Assembly: GCA_963805065.1 (NCBI GenBank)
Contig: CAWDSS010000010.1
Span: 275,696-339,695 of the forward strand
Reading direction: 5' to 3'
DNA from: Candidatus Omnitrophota bacterium
GTDB lineage: Bacteria; Omnitrophota; Gorgyraeia; Gygaellales; Profunditerraquicolaceae
Length of the DNA: 64,000 nucleotides
The translations under genes were made by a program, and so were the position numbers. Shown here piece after piece: positions 13,875 to 23,836 of the stretch; within the stretch, counting starts at the first letter, position 1; each line of letters begins with the position of its first letter. The notes under the pieces are model-generated. The model saw only the letters and a list, made by a program, of their open reading frames with translations, was not told the origin of the DNA and ran no database searches.

Positions 13875-14687
13875 TTATACCGCAACTATCGCAAGCCTTT
13901 TTTTGTTCGCCAACTTCAGGCTTTGTTCTTTATCTATGAAAAGGGTTTTGCCCGCTTCAATTGCCAGGCAAGCGGCATCCGTCTTAATCAGGTTCTTCAC
14001 CGTGTTTAATCCTACTACCGGTATATCAAACCTCAAGTCCTGCATAGGCTTACTTACCTTCACTACAGTGGCACCGCCTCCGGTAATTCTTCCCGCACGC
14101 TTGATAAGATTATCGGTTCCTTCCAAAGCCTCAACCGCAACTATTGCCTTATCCTTCACTGCTACGGTCTGGCCTATATCCAAATAAGCTATTGCCTTTG
14201 CCAGATGCAGGCCGAAATAAATGTCTTCCCAAAGCGAAAAATCAGGCGCATGTTTAGTAAGAGAGCATTTTTCAGGCATGTAATCCTCCAGAAATGTTGT
14301 AGAGCTTAACAACTCCACGCCTGATTCACTTAATTTTTGAGCTATTGCCCCGAATATTGTATCTGCTTTCTTGTCTTTTATGCCTTCTAATAATTTCTTC
14401 AAGCCGGCATCTTTTGTAATTTCCCCGCTAAACAGCCTTCGCGGGCTGATTTGCCCGGCCATAATTACTTTGGAAATTCCCTCTTTCTTAAAAATCTCAA
14501 ACATGCGGCTGAATTCGCTAAGCCCCAGCCAGTATATTTTATCTACTTTCTTTTTTAATTGCGGGGAGGTGTCGCCTTTTACAGCAACCGCAACAATAGC
14601 GTAGCCTTTCTTCTTAGCTGCGCTTGCGACTAAAAGGGGGAATTTTCTATTGCCTGCAATCAAACCTATTTTATCCATATAAGCCAT
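13875..14687 (-). CDS. lpxI: UDP-2,3-diacylglucosamine pyrophosphatase LpxI (DUF1009 family)
   Basis: 270 aa with IGLIAGNRKFPLLVA, DIGQTVAVKDKAIVAVEALEGTDNLIKRAG and VVKVSKPMQDLRFDIPVVG. It lies directly downstream of lpxA. Confidence 0.8.
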   Translation of the reverse strand: MAYMDKIGLIAGNRKFPLLVASAAKKKGYAIVAVAVKGDTSPQLKKKVDKIYWLGLSEFSRMFEIFKKEGISKVIMAGQISPRRLFSGEITKDAGLKKLLEGIKDKKADTIFGAIAQKLSESGVELLSSTTFLEDYMPEKCSLTKHAPDFSLWEDIYFGLHLAKAIAYLDIGQTVAVKDKAIVAVEALEGTDNLIKRAGRITGGGATVVKVSKPMQDLRFDIPVVGLNTVKNLIKTDAACLAIEAGKTLFIDKEQSLKLANKKRLAIVAV

Positions 14688-15470
14688 TTATTTACGGCAG
14701 GAGTGAGTCACGCCTCTAGAAGAATTTTTCATAAAATTGATTAGATGCGAGACTTCTTTGCTAATCTCTACTTCTTTTTCAACCTTCTCCAGTGAATGTT
14801 TTAAGATATAACCCTCGTTAAAGAATATTTTAAAAGCACGGTTAAGCTGCTGTATGGAATCTTTTGAAACATTGTGGCGCCTTAACCCTACGAGATTTAA
14901 TCCGTATACGCGCGCAGGGTGCCCGTCGCAAGTGGAATACGGCGGGATATCCTGGACAACCTTGGAACAGCCTCCGATTATGGAAAGTGTGCCTATCCTG
15001 ACAAACTGATGTATGGCAACCAAGCCTCCTACTACCGCCATGTCTTCAATTGTGACGTGGCCGGCGAGAGTGCCGTTATTGGCAATTACGCAGTTGTTTC
15101 CTACCACGCAGTCATGCGCCACATGCGAGTATGCCATAAACAGGTTATTATTTCCTATCAATGTCTTTGAACCCTTTTCCGTTCCGGGGTTAAACGTGCA
15201 GTATTCGCGGATTATATTGCCGTCTCCAATTTCCAGGAAAACTTTTTCTCCTTTATATTTTAAATCCTGCGGCCTGCTTCCCACAACCGCTCCCGTAAAG
15301 ACTTCACAGTCCTTCCCAAGGCTGGTATAGCCGTCAATTACGCAAAATGCCCCAACTTTAGTATTTGCGCCTATACTGACATCGTCTCCTACAATGGAGT
15401 ATGGGCCGACCAGGACAGTATCGGCTAATTTTGCCTTTTTGGAAACTAAAGCTGTAGAATGTACCTGCAT
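14688..15470 (-). CDS. lpxA: acyl-ACP:UDP-GlcNAc O-acyltransferase
   Basis: 260 aa. It has hexapeptide-repeat left-handed beta-helix sequence and a C-terminal helical domain, and its position in the lpx cluster fits. Confidence 0.9.
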   Translation of the reverse strand: MQVHSTALVSKKAKLADTVLVGPYSIVGDDVSIGANTKVGAFCVIDGYTSLGKDCEVFTGAVVGSRPQDLKYKGEKVFLEIGDGNIIREYCTFNPGTEKGSKTLIGNNNLFMAYSHVAHDCVVGNNCVIANNGTLAGHVTIEDMAVVGGLVAIHQFVRIGTLSIIGGCSKVVQDIPPYSTCDGHPARVYGLNLVGLRRHNVSKDSIQQLNRAFKIFFNEGYILKHSLEKVEKEVEISKEVSHLINFMKNSSRGVTHSCRK

Positions 15471-15472
15471 AA

Positions 15473-16789
15473 TTATTCCTCTACCAGCGCAAACATGAAT
15501 TCCGCTTCTGCAACTACTTTTCCGTCGACAAGCGCTTTTGCAAATACCTGGCCGGTCCTGGATTTTATCTTGCCGGCAACCACATCAAGCACCAACTGGT
15601 CTCCTGGTAGGACTGTCTTTCTAAACTTTATATCTTTGGCTGACAGGAAGAATGCAAGTTTTCCCCTGTTCTCCTGCGGGGCTAACATCATAATACCTCC
15701 TACCTGAGCCATGGCTTCCACAATAATTACTCCCGGCATAACAGGCCTGCCCGGGAAATGCCCCTTAAAGAAATAGTCATTTATGGTTACGTTCTTTATG
15801 CCGGTGGCATGCTTTCCCATCTCCAAATGAATAATCCTGTCCACAAACAAAAACGGCTCGCGATGCGGCAGGATTTTCATAATGGTCGTTACGTCCAATT
15901 CCTGGCCGTGTTCCAGATGAAAACCCGCACCTATCCCTCCGGAAAAAGACCTTTCCTTTTGGACAGCAATCTTATTGGTTAGTTTTAGATTAAGAGAATG
16001 GCCGCTCCTTAATGCAATAATATGGGCTTTTAAAGGACTTCCTACCAAATATAAATCTCCTATCAAATCCAGCATCTTATGACGGACAAATTCATTTTCA
16101 AAACGCAATTTATTCTTGATTACTCCATTTTTGCCTACAACTAATGTATTTTCATAATTTGCTCCCAGGCCCATCCCACCACGCTGTAACTCATTGGCTT
16201 CCTCTTCAAGGCAAAATGTCCTGGCAGGCGATAACTCTGATTTGAAGACTTCAGGGTTTAAGTTAACTTCTAAGAAATCTTTTTTCAGGAATGCATGATT
16301 GTAACTTAAAGTGTAGGAAATCCTGAACTCATTAGAGGGCAAGGCAACAATGGATGCGTCCTCTTCTTCCACAAATATAGGCTCTCTTATGGAATAATAC
16401 TGCCGTTCTTTTTCCTGCTCAACAATGCCTGCCCGGGCAAACATCTCGGAAAAATTATTACTGCTTCCGTCCATGCCGGGAATTTCATTGTTATCGATGT
16501 CAATACAAATATTATCGATGCCTGCCCCGCATAAAGCTGCCATAAGATGTTCTATGGTTTGTACTTCAGCCCCGTCACGGCCTATGGATGTACGGCGCAA
16601 AGAATGTTCCGGAGACAAAAGGTTATTAGCCGAGGCTTTTATTATGGGCTTGCCCGGTAAATCCACGCGGATAAAATTAATGCCACTATTGGGCTCTGCC
16701 GGCTTAAATGTAATATTAACCTTATTTGCGGTATGTAAGCCTGTGCCTTTTAAACTAAATTCTTTGGCAATTGTTTTCTGTTTATCCAT
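15473..16789 (-). CDS. lpxC/fabZ: bifunctional UDP-3-O-acyl-GlcNAc deacetylase / 3-hydroxyacyl-ACP dehydratase (LpxC-FabZ fusion)
   Basis: 438 aa. The N-terminal ~285 aa are LpxC-like (TLKGTGLHTANKV, TIEHLMAAL, HKMLDLIGDL). The C-terminal ~140 aa are a FabZ hot-dog domain (LPHREPFLFVDRI, FFKGHFPGRPVMPGV). Confidence 0.9.
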   Translation of the reverse strand: MDKQKTIAKEFSLKGTGLHTANKVNITFKPAEPNSGINFIRVDLPGKPIIKASANNLLSPEHSLRRTSIGRDGAEVQTIEHLMAALCGAGIDNICIDIDNNEIPGMDGSSNNFSEMFARAGIVEQEKERQYYSIREPIFVEEEDASIVALPSNEFRISYTLSYNHAFLKKDFLEVNLNPEVFKSELSPARTFCLEEEANELQRGGMGLGANYENTLVVGKNGVIKNKLRFENEFVRHKMLDLIGDLYLVGSPLKAHIIALRSGHSLNLKLTNKIAVQKERSFSGGIGAGFHLEHGQELDVTTIMKILPHREPFLFVDRIIHLEMGKHATGIKNVTINDYFFKGHFPGRPVMPGVIIVEAMAQVGGIMMLAPQENRGKLAFFLSAKDIKFRKTVLPGDQLVLDVVAGKIKSRTGQVFAKALVDGKVVAEAEFMFALVEE

Positions 16790-16801
16790 ATCACAATTTT
16801 A

Positions 16802-17845
16802 TTATTTATCCTTTAATTTATTCTCTAATTCCTTTATTTTATTTTCCAACTCCTTAACGCTTTCATATAGCTTGGGTAAGTTTTGTATACAGGCATTCAC
16901 GCGCTTGGCCTGCTCGTGAGGCTTAGCAGGATAACCCGACACAATGGTATTGGCTGGCACGGACTTGGTTACACCTGCCTGAGCTGCTAGCACAGCGCCA
17001 TCCCCTACGCTGATATGGCCGACAAGACCTGCCTGGCCTGCAATGGTGACGCCATTTCCGATTGTGGTACTGCCGGAAATCCCTGCCTGCGCAACTATGA
17101 TGGAATTTTCGCCTATGACTACGTTATGGGCAATTTGCACAAGGTTATCAATTTTCGTGCCTTTACCGATAACCGTTTTATCAAAACGCGCCCTGTCGAT
17201 AGTTACGTTTGCGCCGATTTCTACATTATCGCCTATTTCTACTATGCCGATTTGCGGGATTTTATGATGCAGGCCCCTTATGGTAGCAAAACCGAACCCA
17301 TCAGAGCCTATTACCGTGCCGCTATGAATAATCACGCCGTTACCTATATTAATGCGCTCGCGTATTGAAACATTAGCGTAAATTAGCGTATCGGAGCCGA
17401 TTTTAGTATGATGGCCGATAAAGCAGCCAGAATATACCAGGGTATTGTCACCGATGGAAACACCGTCTTCAATAACCGTATACGGGCCTATGGCAATATT
17501 TTTGCCCAGCGATACTTTCTTGCCGATTATTGCCGTACTATGCACTTCCCTCGGCCGGACAGTCTCATGTGGAGCAAAAGAGGAAATTATTTTGGCAAAT
17601 GCAAGAGAAGGATTATCCGTGCGGATAATAGGTTTGGATGAATTTTTAACGTCTTTTGACGTAATTACTGCTGAGGCGCAAGTTTTATCCAAAAGCGAAA
17701 GATATTTGGGATTAGCTAAAAAAGTTATGTCGCCTTCCCGGGCTTCCTTAATGCCGGCTACTCCCGTGATAACTTTGCTTTCGTCTCCTATTACTTCACC
17801 TTCAATAAGCCTGGCTATTTCCTTTAAAGTTTTTTTCATCACCAT
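16802..17845 (-). CDS. lpxD: UDP-3-O-acylglucosamine N-acyltransferase
   Basis: 347 aa. It has an N-terminal uridine-binding domain (ITFLANPKY), a long hexapeptide-repeat core and a C-terminal coiled coil. Confidence 0.9.
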   Translation of the reverse strand: MVMKKTLKEIARLIEGEVIGDESKVITGVAGIKEAREGDITFLANPKYLSLLDKTCASAVITSKDVKNSSKPIIRTDNPSLAFAKIISSFAPHETVRPREVHSTAIIGKKVSLGKNIAIGPYTVIEDGVSIGDNTLVYSGCFIGHHTKIGSDTLIYANVSIRERINIGNGVIIHSGTVIGSDGFGFATIRGLHHKIPQIGIVEIGDNVEIGANVTIDRARFDKTVIGKGTKIDNLVQIAHNVVIGENSIIVAQAGISGSTTIGNGVTIAGQAGLVGHISVGDGAVLAAQAGVTKSVPANTIVSGYPAKPHEQAKRVNACIQNLPKLYESVKELENKIKELENKLKDK

Positions 17846-17881
17846 ATGTTTAATGCCGGATAATCTTTAGGCATTAGACAT

Positions 17882-18388
17882 TTATTTTTTGTACCCTTTA
17901 TTCAAAATCTCTATGACCTTATCCGTAATGTCATAGGATTTGCTTTCATAAACCAATACGCGGTCATTAAAGACAAAGCTATAGCCTTCTTTTTCAGAAT
18001 ATTTTTTTACCGCATCTTCTATGTCTTTAAGAATCTCTTTCATCTTCTCGTCTTGTTCCTTGCGTAAATCCTGCTGCTTCTGCCTGTCGAATTCCTGAAG
18101 CGCCTTTATCTTAGTCTCCATATCCGGCTTTTTTGCTTCTTTTTCTTTATCGCTTAACAGGTTCATTTTATCCTGGAGCTGTTTCACTTCATTTACTTTT
18201 TTCTCTTTTTCCTGGTTAAATGCATTTTCTTTCTCGCTTAACGTCTTATCATAATCTTTGGTCTTAACGTATTCGCTGAATGTCCTGCTTAAATCAACAT
18301 AAGCTAACTTGTCAGCTGCCTGAGCCATTCCGGTGAGAAACCACAACGTAAACATAACTATCCATATTTGAACAGTTATTTTTTTCAT
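17882..18388 (-). CDS. skp: periplasmic chaperone Skp/OmpH
   Basis: The start is moved to MKKITVQIW, preceded by GAAGGAGGAGG. It has a signal peptide ending MAQA and a lysine/glutamate-rich coiled coil, and it lies between bamA and lpxD. Confidence 0.8.
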   Translation of the reverse strand: MKKITVQIWIVMFTLWFLTGMAQAADKLAYVDLSRTFSEYVKTKDYDKTLSEKENAFNQEKEKKVNEVKQLQDKMNLLSDKEKEAKKPDMETKIKALQEFDRQKQQDLRKEQDEKMKEILKDIEDAVKKYSEKEGYSFVFNDRVLVYESKSYDITDKVIEILNKGYKK

Positions 18389-18488
18389 GCTGCCTCCTCC
18401 TTCTCTGGGTTTTCGGTGTTCGGTTTTCGGTTCTCGCCACAAAGAACCTAGAACCTATAACCTAGAACCTATCTGTTGTTTATATATT

Positions 18489-20949
18489 CTAAAATCCGTG
18501 ACTTGCGCTGAAATGCAACCTTCCGTTGCCTCTATGGTCTTGCCCGGTCAGCTTATTCATAGGGATACCATAATCGAGCATTATTGGCCCGATGGGTGTC
18601 TTAATTCTCACTCCCAGGCCAACGCCTGTCTTAAAACCGCCTTGGCCGATATCGCCTAATTTAGACCAGACATTACCCGTATCGCAAAATGCTGCCAATT
18701 TAAGGAAGCTCATTAACGGATATGTATATTCTATATTTCCTACGATCATGGCGTCGCCACCCAAAGGATCAGAAGAAGCAGGATCAATAGGCCCGACTTC
18801 TCTTTCTTTATAGCCTCTTATCGTATAAGCGCCTCCTGCAAAGAATCTCTCATATATGGGGATTTTTTCTGAGTTCGAATAAGGCTCAGCTGCTCCTACC
18901 CGAGCCCTTACCTCAAGGACAGAATCTTTTGGCAACGGGAAATAATGCGACGCCCTGCCAAAAAATTTCCAGTAATCCTTATCCCCGCCAAAAGGCCCGC
19001 CTGCCAACTCAAAAGACCCATTTAACAAATTTCCTCTTTTTGGATCAAACACATTATCCCTGTTATCGAAAGTAAGGCTGGGGGTTAAACTGCTTATAAC
19101 ATTCTTTCCAGCTTCGCTTTTAAGATCATCACTTGCCGCATCATCTACATTCCTGATATCTATGCTGTCAAGCCGATAGGTTATGTCTGACCTGAGATAT
19201 TCGGATAATTCTTTGCCTAAACGTAAATCCCCTCCCGTAACATCCTCATCATAACCATAACCGACATCCTCATTTTGTTTATGAGTTCGGCGGTAGGCAT
19301 CAAAGCCAAATGATACAGGATAGTCAAAAACCCAGGGATTAGTAAAACTTAACTCGAAACCCGAACTAACGGTTCCGGTGGAAGCGCGGAGCCTTAAGTC
19401 CTGGCCGGCCCCGGTAAAATAAGGAAAATTCTTCCAGTCAAAATTCTTCTGCTCTACCTCTATGAATCCGATTAATTGATCAACGGTGCTGTATCCGCCT
19501 CCAAAGCTGAATGCTCCTGTCTTTGCCTCTTTTACCTCAACAATCAAATCCTTCTTATCGGGTACCTGTGTGTTTTGGGTATCGTAATTTATTTCTTCAA
19601 AAAAGCCTAAGTTTTGCAACCTCTCTCTGCTGCGCCGTAGCTTATCTCCGTCGAACCTTTCGCCGGGGTGTATCCTTAATTCTCTGCGGATGACCACATC
19701 GCGGGTTTTTATGTTCCCGCGTATCTTTATCTTATCCAGATATGCGATGGTATTTTCTGTTATATTATAGGCGATATCGACCCTGCCTGTATACGCATTT
19801 ACAGAACTGGTATCTTCTACCTGGCAGGAAATGTAGCCTTTATCAAAATACAAGCTCTGGATGTTGGCTACATCCTCTTTTAAAGCATCGTTGCTGAAGA
19901 CCTTGCCAGGGATACATTCTTTTAATTTTGCCAAAATATCTTTCTCTGGAATATCCTTATTCCCCGGAAACAGTGATATTGCCTACAAGATACTTTTTGC
20001 CTTCAACTATTGTAATGTAGACAAATAATAAATACGCCCTTTTTACATCGGGCTTAACTTCATATTCAACTGTTGCGTCGGTAAAGCCCTGCCTGTGATA
20101 AAATGACCTTAAGCGTTCGATGTCTTCCTTTAATACCTCATCCTTAAGCACCCCGGCATTAAATAACCAGGCGCTTTTTGTCTTCATTAATTTTAGCAAG
20201 CGGCCTGAACTAAATGCTTTATTGCCTTCTGTAACAATTTTTTTAATCCTTACTTTCTTGCCTTCGCTCACATTAAATTGTATATTTGCTTTAGTGCCTT
20301 CTTTGTTTAAATCTATCTTGTAATCGACCTCGGCCTGGCTAAAACCCATTTTCTCATACATCTGTTTAAGCGTGCGCACATCCGCAACAAGACTAGGCTG
20401 ATCGAGATACTGTTTTTCTTTTGACTTCAGTTGCTCTTTGAGTTTCTCGTCCTTCATGGTAATACGCCTGATGCCGGAAAAATTAATCTTATCAATTATC
20501 GGCCGTTCTACAACCGAAACTATGACTTTAATACCATCTTTGTAATCTTCGGTATCTATTTTTATATCGCTGAAAAAACCCAAAAGGTATAGCCTTTTTA
20601 AATCATCACTGGTAATATTTTCTTTGTAGGAGGCACCTATTCGGGTTTTCATTTTGGAAATAATGTTGTTGGTGCTTATGGATTTATTCCCTTTGACTTC
20701 AATCGCTGTAACTAATTTTTCTTCCTTTGGGGCAGTTGTGGTAGTAGAAGGTTCTTGAACTGAGGGTTGATCTTGGGCGAAGGATAAATGACAAATGAAT
20801 ACCAAAGCACAAATTACAAAACTTAAAGAAAAGGGGACGTTTCTATTTTTCTGCTGATTAGGAGACGTTAAAAATAGAAACGTCCCCTTTATTTTGGGTG
20901 TTGAATTGCCTGAATTAAAGGCTTTATTTTGACATTGGGATTTTGTCAT
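18489..20949 (-). pseudogene. bamA: outer-membrane protein assembly factor BamA, interrupted by one frameshift
   Basis: ORF 19957..20949 holds the signal peptide and POTRA repeats. ORF 18489..19934 holds the last POTRA and a 16-strand-type barrel ending HFSASHGF. The frames join if one G is removed from GGGG (plus-strand CCCC 19962-19965): ...NITVSGNKDIPEKDILAKLKE... Confidence 0.85.
20830..20890 (-). terminator. GGGGACG hairpin family copy 1 (terminator-like)
   Basis: A 21-bp stem, AAAGGGGACGTTTCTATTTTT / AAAAATAGAAACGTCCCCTTT, with a 19-nt loop. On the minus strand it is followed by TCTTTAAGTTTTG. It lies inside the annotated N-terminal extension of bamA, downstream of dnaB. Confidence 0.55.
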
Positions 20950-20997
20950 TTGGATTTTTTACAATATATCGTGATCTTTTATGAATGTAAATTACCC

Positions 20998-22338
20998 TTA
21001 TTCTATACGGGCGATATTTTCGAATCTTGTATATTCTTTAATAAAGGACAGTTTCAGCGAGCCCACGGGTCCGTTACGCTGTTTTGCTATTATGACTTCT
21101 GCTATCCCCTGGTTTTCAGACGTAGGGTTATAATATTCCTCTCTTAACAATAAAACTACCACATCCGCGTCCTGCTCTATGGCTCCGGATTCCCTTAAAT
21201 CAGAAAGCTGGGGCCTGTGGTCTGTGCGCGACTCTACTGCGCGGGATAACTGGCTTATGGCTATGACGGGGATATTTAATTCCCTTGCCAATGCCTTAAG
21301 AGAACGCGAGATTTCGGAAATCTCCTGCTGCCTGCTTTCTATATTGGTGCTGGAACTACGCATTAACTGCATATAGTCTAAGATAATTAACTTTATATCC
21401 TGATGTGCCTTTAGCCTTCTGGCTTTCGCACGTAGTTCCATAACCGAAATCGACGGAGAATCGTCTATAAATATAGGCACTTCTGAAAGTTTTCCCGCAG
21501 CAGCAGTCAGGCGCGGCCAGTCGGAAGTAGCGAGGTAGCCTGTCCTTACCTTATGCGCGTCAACTTTAGCGTGGGAGCAAAGCATTCTCTGGACAAGCTG
21601 CTCCTTAGACATTTCCAGGCTAAAAATCGCTACGGGTGTTTTTTCAGTTACGCCCACGTATTCTGCAATGCCTATGGCTAAAGCACTCTTTCCCATAGAA
21701 GGCCTTCCTGCAATAATAATCAAATCAGACGGCTGTAACCCTGCGGTCTTAATATCAAAATCTATGTAGCCTGTGGGGACACCCGTAATATGAGCTTTTT
21801 TCTGATACAACTTGTCTATGGTTTCAATGCTGTCTTTAACAATCTCCTTCAGATGTATGTAGCTACCCTGTGTCCGCCTGTCACTTACTTCAAATATAAA
21901 TTTTTCCGCGCTGTCCACTACCTCCTCGACGTTGCCTTCGCTTTCATAACAAAGAGAAACTATTTTTGTGGCATTATTGATGAGGGTCCTAAGGATGCTC
22001 TTTTCTCTGACGATTGCCACGTAGTGACTTATATTTGCCGACGTGGGCACTACGTTTACTAATGCGGTTAAGAAACTCACTCCGCCAATTCCATCAAGAT
22101 TGCCGTTTTTCTTAAGCTCGTTGGTAAGGGTAATAAGGTCGACCGCCTTGTTGGAGTTGTAAAGATCAAGTATTGATTCGAATATTTTCCTGTGGGTTTC
22201 TTTGTAAAAAGAATTTTTATCGAGGGTTTCAAAGGCTATGGATAAAGCTTCTTCGTCCAAAAGCATTGAACCCAATACCGCCATTTCCGCTTCCAAATTC
22301 TGAGGCGGGATTTTTTCTAAGGTTAGTTCCTGGGGCAT
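20998..22338 (-). CDS. dnaB: replicative DNA helicase DnaB
   Basis: 446 aa with PPQNLEAEMAVLGSMLLD at the N-terminus, Walker A GRPSMGKSA, and LIILDYMQLM and SQLSRAVE motifs. Confidence 0.95.
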   Translation of the reverse strand: MPQELTLEKIPPQNLEAEMAVLGSMLLDEEALSIAFETLDKNSFYKETHRKIFESILDLYNSNKAVDLITLTNELKKNGNLDGIGGVSFLTALVNVVPTSANISHYVAIVREKSILRTLINNATKIVSLCYESEGNVEEVVDSAEKFIFEVSDRRTQGSYIHLKEIVKDSIETIDKLYQKKAHITGVPTGYIDFDIKTAGLQPSDLIIIAGRPSMGKSALAIGIAEYVGVTEKTPVAIFSLEMSKEQLVQRMLCSHAKVDAHKVRTGYLATSDWPRLTAAAGKLSEVPIFIDDSPSISVMELRAKARRLKAHQDIKLIILDYMQLMRSSSTNIESRQQEISEISRSLKALARELNIPVIAISQLSRAVESRTDHRPQLSDLRESGAIEQDADVVVLLLREEYYNPTSENQGIAEVIIAKQRNGPVGSLKLSFIKEYTRFENIARIE

Positions 22339-22345
22339 ATTTAAA

Positions 22346-22789
22346 TTATTGCTTTACGATCCAGACTTTGATTTTTGCGAGAATTTGCGCATGCAACCTT
22401 ACGGGAATTTCATAAATACCCAATGATTTTATCGGCTCATTGAGCTCTATAATATTTTTATCAATATCAAACCCTTCATCTTTCAAAGCCTTGGCTATAT
22501 CCTGCGCAGTTACGCTGCCGTATAACCTATCTTCTTCCTGAGCCTGCGCCTGGATGGTTATCGATACTCCTGACAAGCGGTCTCTGAGGCCTTCGGCTTC
22601 TTTTTTTATTTTTTCCTGAAGCACAATTTTATTTTGCTTTTCGGATTCCAGCTGTTTAAGGTTCTTAGGGGTAAGCGGAAGCGCTAAATTATTAGGCAAA
22701 AGGAAATTCCTGGCGAAACCGTCTTTAACTTTCACTACGGCGCCTGCCTTACCTATCTTAGATACATCCTGTTTTAGAATGACTTCCAT
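22346..22789 (-). CDS. rplI: 50S ribosomal protein L9
   Basis: 147 aa: MEVILKQDVSKIGKAGAVVKVKDGFARNFLLP. Confidence 0.93.
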   Translation of the reverse strand: MEVILKQDVSKIGKAGAVVKVKDGFARNFLLPNNLALPLTPKNLKQLESEKQNKIVLQEKIKKEAEGLRDRLSGVSITIQAQAQEEDRLYGSVTAQDIAKALKDEGFDIDKNIIELNEPIKSLGIYEIPVRLHAQILAKIKVWIVKQ

Positions 22790-22799
22790 TTAAGTGGCG

Positions 22800-23069
22800 T
22801 TAACGTACGTAAGGCACAAGCGAAATGAACCTTGCCTTTTTAATTGCCTCTGCTATTCTCCTTTGATGCTTGGCGCAGTTGCCTGAAACACGGCTGGAGA
22901 GGATTTTTCCCCGCTCCGTTATAAAAGTTTCCAGCCTCTTAGTATCCTTGTAATCTATGAATTTAACTTTATCATGGCAGAACCGGCAATATCTCTTTTT
23001 AGTAATTATGCTTGCTGAGCGTTTCCTTAGAACTGGCTTTTTACCAAATTGTTTAGTCTTAACTTTCAT
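22800..23069 (-). CDS. rpsR: 30S ribosomal protein S18
   Basis: 89 aa: CRFCHDKVKFIDYKDTKRLETFITERGKILSSRVSGNCAKHQRRIAEAIKKARF. Confidence 0.93.
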   Translation of the reverse strand: MKVKTKQFGKKPVLRKRSASIITKKRYCRFCHDKVKFIDYKDTKRLETFITERGKILSSRVSGNCAKHQRRIAEAIKKARFISLVPYVR

Positions 23070-23499
23070 GTACTTGATCCTCGCTTTCCTCTAACCATGC
23101 TGTTTCTGTGGATTGTTCTGCTGCTGCCGGCGGCTCTTCTGCTGCTTCGGCAGTTGCGCCTTTAGCGGGTGCCGAACCCAGGAATTGCACGCGCTCAGCC
23201 CTGACTTCTATGACATTACGTTTCTGGCCGGCATTGTCCTCCCATGAACGCGACTGGAGCCTTCCTTCTACAAAAATACCGCTACCTTTATGCAAATATT
23301 GATTGCACGTCTCTGCCTGTTTATTCCAGACGACGACTGTAATAAAACATACTTCTTCTTTTAACTCCTGGGTTTTCGTGCGGTACCTTCTGTTCACTGC
23401 AAGCCGAAGGTTAACTACTGCCATGCCCTGCGGGGTATAGCGCAATTCAGGGTCTTTGGTTAGATTACCCATCAGGAATACTCTGTTAAAATTTGCCAT
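23059..23499 (-). CDS. ssb: single-stranded DNA-binding protein
   Basis: 146 aa. It has an OB fold (NRVFLMGNLTKDPELRYTPQG) and an acidic C-terminal tip. Confidence 0.92.
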   Translation of the reverse strand: MANFNRVFLMGNLTKDPELRYTPQGMAVVNLRLAVNRRYRTKTQELKEEVCFITVVVWNKQAETCNQYLHKGSGIFVEGRLQSRSWEDNAGQKRNVIEVRAERVQFLGSAPAKGATAEAAEEPPAAAEQSTETAWLEESEDQVHES

Positions 23500-23542
23500 C
23501 AGTTTCTCCTTAGAGTTGAACTGCCAAGCACAGTCAAAGCAC

Positions 23543-23836
23543 TTATTCTGCTTTTGTAATGAGAACTCTTAATATATTCTCGTTCAGCTTATAGGTGTGG
23601 TTTATCTCTTTTATCGCAGAAGGCGCAATGGAAAAGTTCACCAGATAATACAGCCCTTCATGCTGCTTATTGATGGGGAAAAACAGTTTTCTTCTTTCCG
23701 CCCATACAGAGCTTGTAATAACACTACCCTGATTTTTGGATACTGCTTCATTGACCTGGTTAAACAGGTTCTTTTTTTCTTCTTCAGACAAATCCGGTCT
23801 TATGATAAACATTGCTTCGTATTTATTCATTGTCAC
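23543..23836 (-). CDS. rpsF: 30S ribosomal protein S6
   Basis: 97 aa: YEAMFIIRPDLSEEE...WERRKLAY-like segment. It completes the rpsF-ssb-rpsR-rplI gene order. Confidence 0.9.
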   Translation of the reverse strand: MTMNKYEAMFIIRPDLSEEEKKNLFNQVNEAVSKNQGSVITSSVWAERRKLFFPINKQHEGLYYLVNFSIAPSAIKEINHTYKLNENILRVLITKAE

